A stretch of DNA of 64,000 nucleotides from Asaia bogorensis (GTDB taxonomy: Bacteria > Pseudomonadota > Alphaproteobacteria > Reyranellales > Reyranellaceae): the NCBI GenBank assembly GCA_943372655.1, contig CALRZP010000018.1, positions 29,094-93,093 on the forward strand, in the 5' to 3' direction. The notes beneath the pieces were generated by a model. The model saw nothing but the letters and a program-made list of their open reading frames with translations. It had not been told where the DNA came from and did no database searches. Shown here piece by piece: positions 27,035 to 35,012 of this stretch. Numbering within the stretch: the first letter of the stretch is position 1; every line of letters begins with the position of its first letter. The translations under genes and the position numbers were made by a program.

Positions 27035-28014
27035 CCCGCCTCCGACAGAGCAAGCGGCGTGCCGCCCGCTTCAATTCTCCATTGTCCGCACAACGACAAG
27101 GCCGCGCTGTCGATCAGACCGCAGAGCCTCAGCCGCCGCGCTTCCGCCGCGCCGCGGTCAAGGGCTGCCGCCACGATCGCCGGCGGCAAGTCACCGACCG
27201 CCACCGTCACGAGCAGCTCGCCGAGATCGCTGTCCGGATCGAGCGAGCACGCGGGCCGACGCTCGATGGAAGAATGGTCGGCATTCACTTCGTTGGCGAT
27301 CATGGTCGCCGCGGCATCGGCCACCGCCGCGGTGGCGGCGAGCACGGTCACGGACTCCGCGATACCCAGCGAGAAGGACCGCCCGCCCCGGCCCGAGGTC
27401 GCGATGCCTCGCACCGGCCGCTCATGCGTGAGAAGAGCCACGCCATCCAGTGTCTTGCCGCCTGCCTCCCCATTCAAATGGGGAGGTGTCGACGTAACCG
27501 TCGACGGAGGGGTCGGACTATGCTGCGCCGCGCATGACCCCATCGCCCCGTATGACGGGGCACTTCCCCATCTGAATGGGGAAGAGGCTGAATCCGCGAC
27601 AATGCCGGCGCGCAGCGAATGCCCCGGCGTCAGATGGATCGCGATGTCGCCGCCATCGTTCACATAGGCCTTGGTGAGCGTGCGGCCACGCACGAGCGCC
27701 TGCAGCATCTCGTCGGCGACGGCGCCGGCAACGGCGGCCATCGGCGTGATGAAGGCGGCGCGATGCGGCCATACGGCTTCGGCCATGCGGCGGGCCGCAG
27801 GACCCTGCAGCAGCGGATAGGCCTCTCCGACCGGCCGGCGCAGTACCTGAAGTTCGCCGACCAGGGTCGGCAGGATATCGCCGAAGCGTTCCATTGCCTG
27901 ACCATAGGCACGCTCGACTTCGTCTGCCGCCCCGAAGGCCTCGACGATGAGATCGATCGGACCGTGCTGCAGGTGCAGCCGTCCGTCATCGAGGCGGGCG
28001 GCGACGGCGCTCAT
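27031..28014 (-). CDS. UPF0280 family protein (ApbE-like fold) carrying an in-frame repeat insertion
   Basis: N-terminus ..DGRLHLQHGPIDLIVEAFG.. is typical of UPF0280. ATGA overlap at 28011-28014. Residues SSPFRWGS...PHLNGEAGG are encoded by the family C repeat. Confidence 0.65.
   Translation of the reverse strand: MSAVAARLDDGRLHLQHGPIDLIVEAFGAADEVERAYGQAMERFGDILPTLVGELQVLRRPVGEAYPLLQGPAARRMAEAVWPHRAAFITPMAAVAGAVADEMLQALVRGRTLTKAYVNDGGDIAIHLTPGHSLRAGIVADSASSPFRWGSAPSYGAMGSCAAQHSPTPPSTVTSTPPHLNGEAGGKTLDGVALLTHERPVRGIATSGRGGRSFSLGIAESVTVLAATAAVADAAATMIANEVNADHSSIERRPACSLDPDSDLGELLVTVAVGDLPPAIVAAALDRGAAEARRLRLCGLIDSAALSLCGQWRIEAGGTPLALSEAG
27465..27584. repeat. Hairpin-array repeat, family C (copy 2), inside a CDS
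   Basis: cctccccattcaaatggggagg .. tcgacgtaaccgtcga .. ccccgtatgacgggg .. cttccccatctgaatggggaag. Shares modules with 4609..4734 in reverse orientation. About 120 nt, so it preserves the frame. Confidence 0.75.
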
Positions 28015-29441
28015 TCGATCCGCACCTTGTGCCGCGCGATCACGTCTTCCAGCGTGACCGCGCGCGAGGCGTAGCCGCCCAACGCCACGTAGTCGTCGGC
28101 GCGCAGGGTGAACTCGATGGGCGCGACCAGTGCCGGCGTCGGCACATAGCCGAAGGATTTCTCCGGCATGCGCGCCACGTCGACCATCAGGGTGATGCCG
28201 CCGCCCGGCCAGATGAAGGCCGGTGCGCCGCCCAGCGTGACCTTAGTGAGCGTGTCGCGCACCGAGCGCGTGAGCCGCACCGGGTTCTCGGTGACGCCGG
28301 CGCGCAGCGAACCGCCGGCGCCGGCCATGAACAGCACGGTGCAGAGCGCGGGCTCGCAATTCTCGGCGATGCGCTCAACGACATGGCGCACCGGCGGGGG
28401 CATCTCGGCGGGCTGCGGTTTCAAGTCACCGTCGAGCGTGAACCAGGCCGAATGCTCGCCGGTCGTCGAGACCATCAGCAGCTTGAGCCCCGGCCAGGCC
28501 TGCTTGGGATCGATCCTCTCGATGATCTCCAGCGGGTCGCTGACATTGGTGCCGCCCCAGCCCAGCCCCGGCTCGGCCACCTGGAAATAGCGGCCCGGCG
28601 TCGAGCGGCGGCCGCGCACGCGGATGCCGGCCGGCTTCATGTCGAGGAAGGCGCCGCCCTGATGCTCGCTCAGCACGCCGGTGATGTGGTCGTCGACCAC
28701 GATCACCTCGTCGACATGGTCCTTCCATTGCGGCGCGAACATGCCGATCGCCGCGGAGCCGCAGCCGACCCGCATGCGCTCCTCGAGCGTGCCGTTCACC
28801 ACCGGCGGCCTGTCGGCCTGCACCACCACCGTCGAGCCGCCGTCGATGGTGAGTTCGACGGCCTCGCGATTGCACAGCGCCAGCAGGGCATCGCAGGTGA
28901 CGACGCCCTCCTTCTTGCTGCCGCCGGTGAGGTGGTGGACGCCGCCCAGCGACAGCATCTGCGAGCCGTACTCGGCCGTGGTGACATGGCCCACCGCCTC
29001 GCCCTTCACCCTCACCGTCGCCTGCTCGGGCCCGAGATAGCGGTCGGTGTCGATCTTCACCTTGACGCCGCAGTAGCTGAAGATCCCCTCGGTCACGACC
29101 GTCACCATGTCGACGCCTTCATGCTTCGACGAGACGATGAAGGGCGCGGGCTTGTAGTCGGGATAGGTCGTGGTGGCGCCGATGCCGGTGACGAAGGCGC
29201 CCTCGCCTTTGCCCAGTTCGCCGCGCCACGCGTCGCTGCCTTCGATGAAGGCGACGCGGGCGAGATCGGGCTTGGCCAGCAGCACCAGCGGATCGACCCG
29301 CACCAGAGCGCCGTTCTCGTTGGCGTAGCGGTCGCAGGCGCCGGCGCGGCCGGGGCGGATGCGGCACAGGACGGGACAGGCGTCGCAGCGCACGATGCCG
29401 GCGCTGCGTTCGGCCTCCGAGAGCGAGATGTCGTCGCTCAT
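28011..29441 (-). CDS. 6-hydroxynicotinate reductase (Hnr)-like iron-sulfur protein
   Basis: 476 aa from MSDDISLSEAERSAGIVRCDACPVLCRIRPGRAGACDRY (Cys cluster). Family call is from memory of Hnr-like annotations. The ATG overlaps the upstream stop (ATGA at 29438-29441). Confidence 0.6.
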   Translation of the reverse strand: MSDDISLSEAERSAGIVRCDACPVLCRIRPGRAGACDRYANENGALVRVDPLVLLAKPDLARVAFIEGSDAWRGELGKGEGAFVTGIGATTTYPDYKPAPFIVSSKHEGVDMVTVVTEGIFSYCGVKVKIDTDRYLGPEQATVRVKGEAVGHVTTAEYGSQMLSLGGVHHLTGGSKKEGVVTCDALLALCNREAVELTIDGGSTVVVQADRPPVVNGTLEERMRVGCGSAAIGMFAPQWKDHVDEVIVVDDHITGVLSEHQGGAFLDMKPAGIRVRGRRSTPGRYFQVAEPGLGWGGTNVSDPLEIIERIDPKQAWPGLKLLMVSTTGEHSAWFTLDGDLKPQPAEMPPPVRHVVERIAENCEPALCTVLFMAGAGGSLRAGVTENPVRLTRSVRDTLTKVTLGGAPAFIWPGGGITLMVDVARMPEKSFGYVPTPALVAPIEFTLRADDYVALGGYASRAVTLEDVIARHKVRIE

Positions 29442-32146
29442 GCTCGCTTCCTTTCCAGGGCGACGATGGCCTCGCGCAGGCGATGCGGCAGCAGCGGGAC
29501 GCGCTGGACGCGCACGCCGGTCGCGTGATGGACCGCGCCCAGGATGGCCGGCGCCGTCGGCACCAGCGCGGGCTCGCCAATACCCTTGGCGCCCGAGGGA
29601 CCGAGCGGCTCGCGATCCTCGATCAGGAGGCACTCGATCTCCGGCACGTCGCCCACGGTCGGAATGAGATAGTCGTGCAGGTTCTCGGTGCGTCCGGGCA
29701 GGTATTCCTCCATCAGCGCGAGACCCAGCCCCTGCGCCACGCCGCCCTGGATCTGACCCTCCACGAGGGTCGGGTTGATCGCCCGGCCGACATCGTGCGC
29801 GGCCACGATGCGCAAGACCTTCACCGTGCCCAGTTCGACATCGACCTCGACCTCGGCCAGTTGCGCGGCGAAAGCATAGGTCGCATAGGGCACGCCCTGC
29901 CCGTCGGCATCGAGCGGCGTGGTCGGCGGGTCGAACACCCCCTCGCCCATCAGCGGCCCTGATGTGGCGAGATCGATCGTCCGGACCTCGCCGCCATCGC
30001 GCACGGAAAGTGTTGCACCTTCGAGCGACAGGATCGCGTCGGGACCGGCATTGGCCAGCCGCAGGATCTGCTGGCGCAGATCCTGTCCCGCCTTCTCCGC
30101 CGCCTTGCCCGACACGAAAGTCTGGCGCGAGGCTGAGGTCTTGCCGGCATCGGCGGTGAGATCGGTGTCGCCCGTCACCAGCGTGAACTGATCGGCCGGC
30201 AGCCCCACCGCATCGGCGGCGATCTGTACCATGATGGTGTTGCTGCCCTGTCCGATGTCGAGCGCGCCGCTGTAGAGCGTCAGCGTCCCGGCCGGCGATA
30301 GACCCACGCGCATGCGTGAGGGATTGGACATCGAAGTATTGCCGATCCCGTACCACATGCAGCCGATGCCGATGCCGCGGCGGCGCACACCGCCCGTCGC
30401 GTTGAACGCCGCAATTTCCTCGTGCGCCTTTCGCCAATGCGGTCGCAGCGCGTCGAGGCACTGCGCGAGCCCGGCGGAATGGGCGAGCGTCTGGCCAGTT
30501 GCCGTGGTGTCGCCGGCGCGCAAGGCATTGCGATGGCGGAACTCCAGCCGGTCGATGCCCAGCCTGTCTGCGAGTTCATCCATCATCGCCTCGTGGGCGA
30601 TGGCGGCCTGCGGCACGCCGAAGCCGCGGAAGGCGCCGGCCGGCGGTCCGTTGGTGAAATAGGCCTCGCCCCAGGTCCGCACGTTGGGAATGGCATAAGG
30701 CCCCATCGCATGCACCGGCACGCGATTGGCGACGGTCGGGCCCCAGGATGCGTAGGCGCCGGTGTCAAAGAGGGCAGTCACGTCGCAGGCAAGCAGCTTG
30801 CCGTTGGCATCGCAGCCGAACCGCGCGCTCACGCGTGCCGGATGACGCTTGGTGCTGGCCGCCATGCTTTCGGGTCGCGTGTAGGCCAGCGCCACGGGGC
30901 GCCCCAGCGTCCAGGCCGCGATGGCGATCAGCGGCTGCACCGAGAGATCGAGCTTGCCGCCGAAGCCGCCGCCGCAGGCGGTCGGCACGATGCGTACGGC
31001 CTCCGGCTTCAGTCGCATCAGGTTGGCGATCTCGTCGCGGTCCATATAGGGCGTCTGGGTGGTGGCGTGGATTTCGATCCGGTCGCCGACCCGGCGCGCC
31101 CAGCCGGCCTCGGGTTCGATGTAGGCATGCTCGACGAACGCCGTCTCGAACGTGCCTTCGGCCACGGCGGCGCAATCCTCGAACGCGGCCATCGCGTCGC
31201 CACGCTTCACCCCGCCCTTCAGCAGCAGGTTGCCCGGTCTGTCGGCCTGCACCAGCGCCGCATCCTCCGCCATCGCGGCATCGACGCCGAACAGGGGCGG
31301 CTCGGGCATCCAGGTGATCGGCACCTCATCGTCACGGATCGCCAGCACCTCGGCGTGTTCGCCGACCAGTGCCACGACGGCCTCGCCGCGATAGCGGACC
31401 TGTCCGTCCGCGAGGACCGGCTGATCCTTGATATCGGGATAGATGCCGTAGCCGTTGAACGGCACGTCCGCCGCCGTCAGCACCGCCGCGAGACGCCGGC
31501 GCAGCGGTTCGAGATCGCCCAGTTCGAAGCGTGCCCGTGCGTGCGGCGAGCGGATGACGCGGATCCAGAGTGCGTCCTTGGGAATGGCATCGGCACCGAA
31601 CAGGTCGCGGCCCGTGACCTTGGCCGGACCGTCGACCCGCACGATTCGCGACCCGACGGCTCCACCGGCCGCCGGTGCGGTCGCGGGCGCCGGCGCGACG
31701 ACATCCATCACCGCATCGACGATCTTGCCGTAGCCGGTACAGCGGCAGAGCACGCCCCCCAGGAAATCCTCGACCTCGGCCCGGCTCGGCTTGGTTTTCC
31801 GGCGCACGAGTTCCTGCGCGGCCATCAGCATGCCGGGCGTGCAGATGCCGCACTGGGCGGCGCCATGATCGAGAAACGATTGCTGGAGCGCGGCCATCGT
31901 GTCCGGGCCGGCTTCAAGACCTTCGACCGTCTCGACGCTCCTTCCCTCGATCTGGCCCATGGCGACGAGACAGGAGCAGACCTGGCGGCCATCGAGCAGA
32001 ACCGTGCAGGCGCCGCAATCGCCCGCATCGCAGCCAATCTTGGTCCCGGTAACGCCGAGGTCATCGCGCAGGGCCGACGCCAGTCGCGTGACCGGCGCGC
32101 CGTCCCAGCTTGCTGCGCGTCCGTTGAGTGTGAATTCGAGCTTCAT
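29438..32146 (-). CDS. Xanthine-dehydrogenase-family enzyme, fused [2Fe-2S] and molybdopterin-binding subunits
   Basis: N-terminus CDAGDCGACTV..C.C and CGICTPGM..CRCTGY (two 2Fe-2S sites), followed by a Moco domain with GGGFGGK. 902 aa. ATGA overlap at 32143-32146. Confidence 0.9.
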   Translation of the reverse strand: MKLEFTLNGRAASWDGAPVTRLASALRDDLGVTGTKIGCDAGDCGACTVLLDGRQVCSCLVAMGQIEGRSVETVEGLEAGPDTMAALQQSFLDHGAAQCGICTPGMLMAAQELVRRKTKPSRAEVEDFLGGVLCRCTGYGKIVDAVMDVVAPAPATAPAAGGAVGSRIVRVDGPAKVTGRDLFGADAIPKDALWIRVIRSPHARARFELGDLEPLRRRLAAVLTAADVPFNGYGIYPDIKDQPVLADGQVRYRGEAVVALVGEHAEVLAIRDDEVPITWMPEPPLFGVDAAMAEDAALVQADRPGNLLLKGGVKRGDAMAAFEDCAAVAEGTFETAFVEHAYIEPEAGWARRVGDRIEIHATTQTPYMDRDEIANLMRLKPEAVRIVPTACGGGFGGKLDLSVQPLIAIAAWTLGRPVALAYTRPESMAASTKRHPARVSARFGCDANGKLLACDVTALFDTGAYASWGPTVANRVPVHAMGPYAIPNVRTWGEAYFTNGPPAGAFRGFGVPQAAIAHEAMMDELADRLGIDRLEFRHRNALRAGDTTATGQTLAHSAGLAQCLDALRPHWRKAHEEIAAFNATGGVRRRGIGIGCMWYGIGNTSMSNPSRMRVGLSPAGTLTLYSGALDIGQGSNTIMVQIAADAVGLPADQFTLVTGDTDLTADAGKTSASRQTFVSGKAAEKAGQDLRQQILRLANAGPDAILSLEGATLSVRDGGEVRTIDLATSGPLMGEGVFDPPTTPLDADGQGVPYATYAFAAQLAEVEVDVELGTVKVLRIVAAHDVGRAINPTLVEGQIQGGVAQGLGLALMEEYLPGRTENLHDYLIPTVGDVPEIECLLIEDREPLGPSGAKGIGEPALVPTAPAILGAVHHATGVRVQRVPLLPHRLREAIVALERKRA

Positions 32147-32973
32147 GCGGCGACCTTCGACAACAGCCGGCGCAGCAGGACCATGGCCACCTCGCGGCGA
32201 TAGCCTGCACTGCCGCGCACATCGTCGATCGGCGACAGCGGCGCCAGATGGGATGGAGCGACCCGTTCGCCGAGACGCGCATCGACCGCCGCGCCAACCA
32301 GCGCCTGCTCCAGGGCCGGCAAGCGTTGCGCAACGGGAGAGCAGGCCCCCACGGCAACGCGCGCCGCCTTGACCTTTCCGTCCTCGACTTCGACCAAGGT
32401 CGAAGCCATGGCGATCGAGATCACGAGGTAGCGCCGCGCCCCGAGCTTCAGGAAGGCGCTCCTCGCCTCGGCTTGCGGGCGCGGTACATGGAGCGCCACG
32501 ACCAGCTCGCCGGGCTGCCGCGCCGTCATACGGACACCGGTGATGAAGGAGGCGAGCGGGAGCCGACGCGCGCCTTCGCGGCTCGCGAGCTCGACCTCCG
32601 CGTCGAGTGCCAGCAGGGCCGGCACGCCATCGGCCGCGGGCGAGGCGTTGCAGATGTTCCCCGCGATCGTTCCGCTATTCTGGATCTGACGGCCGCCGAC
32701 CTCGCGCGCCGCCTGCTTCAGCCCATCGAACAGCGGCGGCAGGTCCACTTCAACCAGTTCGCTCCACGTCGTGGTGGCGCCCAGCCGCCAGCCGGCGGGT
32801 GTCTCGGAAGTACCGCGCAGAGCGGCGATTCCCGCGATGTCGAGCACGTCTTCGGTGACGGCACGGCCGACCCGCGCCGGATAGAAGTCGGTGCCACCGG
32901 CCAGCACCGTGAAAGGCCGGGTCAGTGCCTGGAGCGCCTCTTCAAGGCCACGGGGTCGGAGATAGTCGCCCAT
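32143..32973 (-). CDS. Xanthine-dehydrogenase-family FAD-binding subunit (CoxM-like)
   Basis: 276 aa. ..LAGGTDFYP.. and ..IQNSGTIAGNICNASPAAD.. motifs of the FAD_binding_5 / CO dehydrogenase flavoprotein family. Confidence 0.9.
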   Translation of the reverse strand: MGDYLRPRGLEEALQALTRPFTVLAGGTDFYPARVGRAVTEDVLDIAGIAALRGTSETPAGWRLGATTTWSELVEVDLPPLFDGLKQAAREVGGRQIQNSGTIAGNICNASPAADGVPALLALDAEVELASREGARRLPLASFITGVRMTARQPGELVVALHVPRPQAEARSAFLKLGARRYLVISIAMASTLVEVEDGKVKAARVAVGACSPVAQRLPALEQALVGAAVDARLGERVAPSHLAPLSPIDDVRGSAGYRREVAMVLLRRLLSKVAA

Positions 32974-33031
32974 ATCGTTCGTGTACGTACGATGACACAG
33001 GCCACGTGCGAGTCAAACGAATGAGTCGGAT

Positions 33032-33505
33032 TCAGATGATCCGCGACAGAAGATCGAGGAGCTGCTTCTGCTCCTGGGCATTGAGCGGCTTCAGGGTCTC
33101 GCGCGAAACCGCCGGACCGTTCACCAGCAGCCGGTTGACCAGCCGCTGCCCCTCGGTCGTCAGGCTGAGCAGTGTGCGGCGCGCATCGCCCGGGTCGGGC
33201 CGTGAATCGACGAGGCCGCGTTCCTTCAACCGGCGCACCACGCCCTGCATCGTGGCCTTGTCCATGCCGACGAGACGGCCCAGCAGGTTCTGCGACAGCT
33301 CGGTATACTCGTCGAGCTTCGCCAGGCTCGAATACTGGGTCGGCGTGATATTGGGATCGCCGATACCGGTCTGGAAGATGGCACTCGCGCGCTGATGGGC
33401 GCGTCGCAGCAGGTAGCCGATCTGATCTTCGATGCGATAGGGCCTGGATGCCGCAGTCGACGCAGTCTTCGACTCAAGCTGCTTCTTTGCAACGTTGCTT
33501 CGCAT
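33032..33505 (-). CDS. MarR family transcriptional regulator
   Basis: Trimmed to MRSNVAKKQ. Winged-helix core ..ITPTQYSSLAKL..LSQNLLGRLVGMDKATMQGVVRRLKERGLV..D..D.R. Confidence 0.85.
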   Translation of the reverse strand: MRSNVAKKQLESKTASTAASRPYRIEDQIGYLLRRAHQRASAIFQTGIGDPNITPTQYSSLAKLDEYTELSQNLLGRLVGMDKATMQGVVRRLKERGLVDSRPDPGDARRTLLSLTTEGQRLVNRLLVNGPAVSRETLKPLNAQEQKQLLDLLSRII

Positions 33506-33812
33506 CGCCCCCCCGGCTTGCTGCCCCTTCGCTACACCGGCCAAGCGCGTCGCACAACGGTCACATAACACTCTTTGTCGAAGGTGAATGCGCGAGCCCT
33601 TGAGTCAGCGGCGCGGAATCGGAAAGCGCGCATTGCTCGACCTGTTGCAACCAGTCGGCTCGATGATTGGGGAGCTCTTCCCGGCTGCCCGGCATTATCC
33701 TCGCGCCTTCAAGGATTTCCGCCCGAGTTCTGCGACGCAATGGCAAGGACGATGACGCGTGGGCAAGGCGATGGCAGTGTGATCCGACACAGCCATCACA
33801 CAGGACAAGACC

Positions 33813-35012
33813 ATGCCCGGCGCGCTCGAAGGCATCAGGATCGTCGACCTCACCAACATCATCCTCGGCCCCTATGGCACGATGCTGCTGGCCGACCAGG
33901 GCGCCGACGTCATCAAGGTCGAAGCACCGGAAGGCGATGCGGTGCGTCACATCGGCAAGCCCGGCAAGACCCCGGGCATGGGACCGACCTACCTGTATGT
34001 GAACCGCAACAAGCGCTCGCTCTGCCTCGACCTCAAGAACAAGGACGCGCGTGCCGCCCTGCTCAAGGTCGTGGCGACCGCCGATGCCTTCGTCCATGCC
34101 TTGCGCCCCCAGGCCATCGAGGCGCTGGGTCTGGGCTACGAGGAGATCCGCAAGGTGAAGCCCGACATCGTCTATGTCGGCGCCTATGGCTATTCGGCAG
34201 AGGGTCCTTACGGAAAACTGCCGGCGTACGACGATGCCATCCAGGCCCGCTTCGGTATCGCCGACCTGATGGGCCGCGCCGCCGGCGACGACGTCCCGCG
34301 CTATCCTCCGACCATCATTGCCGACAAGACGGTCGGTCTCACCTTCGCTTTCTCGACCCTTTCAGCCCTGATGCATCGTCAACGCACCGGCGAGGGCCAG
34401 TTCGTCGAGGTGCCGATGTTCGAGACCATGTCGGCCTGGCTGATGGTCGAGCATCTGTGGGAGCGGACCTTCAGCGACGAGGGCGAGGTCGGCTACACCC
34501 GCCTGCTCGCCCGCACCCGCAAGCCCTATCGTACCCTGGACGGCTGGATGGCGATCCTTCCCTACAACGACAAGCACTGGCGCAACTTCTTCGAGCTGAT
34601 CGGCCGGTCGGAGGTGCTGCAGGACCCGCGCTATTCGACCATGAACGCCCGCTCGATGCACATCGGGGACATGTACGCCATGGTCGAGGCGCTCGCGCCC
34701 TCGAAGACCACGGCCGAATGGGTCAGGCTGCTCGACCAGGCGCAAATCCCGAACGCCCCGGTGTCGAAGCCCGCCGACCTTTTCGAGGATCCGCACCTCG
34801 TCTGGCGCAAGCTCTTCAAGAAGTATCCGCACCCGTCGGAGGGCGAGATCATGATGGTCGAGCCGCCGATGACCATGAGCCGGACACCGCCCGCCATCCG
34901 CACCATGGCGCCCCTGCAAGGACAGGACTCGCGCGCCGTGCTGGCCGAGGCCGGCGTCAGCGCCATCGACATCGAAGCCCTGAAGACGTCGGGCGCGCTT
35001 ATCGAGCCGTAG
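33813..35012 (+). CDS. CaiB/BaiF family (class III) CoA-transferase
   Basis: N-terminus LEGIRIVDLTNIILGPYGTMLLADQGADVIKVE is typical of family III CoA-transferases. 399 aa. Confidence 0.9.
   Translation: MPGALEGIRIVDLTNIILGPYGTMLLADQGADVIKVEAPEGDAVRHIGKPGKTPGMGPTYLYVNRNKRSLCLDLKNKDARAALLKVVATADAFVHALRPQAIEALGLGYEEIRKVKPDIVYVGAYGYSAEGPYGKLPAYDDAIQARFGIADLMGRAAGDDVPRYPPTIIADKTVGLTFAFSTLSALMHRQRTGEGQFVEVPMFETMSAWLMVEHLWERTFSDEGEVGYTRLLARTRKPYRTLDGWMAILPYNDKHWRNFFELIGRSEVLQDPRYSTMNARSMHIGDMYAMVEALAPSKTTAEWVRLLDQAQIPNAPVSKPADLFEDPHLVWRKLFKKYPHPSEGEIMMVEPPMTMSRTPPAIRTMAPLQGQDSRAVLAEAGVSAIDIEALKTSGALIEP

Noticed and set aside
29442-30461. N-terminal 340-aa extension of the Hnr-like ORF (the track gives 28011..30461)
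   Set aside because: The extension is an Arg/Gly-rich shadow of the Moco-subunit gene. The real start, MSDDISL at 29441, forms an ATGA overlap with the upstream stop, matching the coupling pattern of the whole operon.
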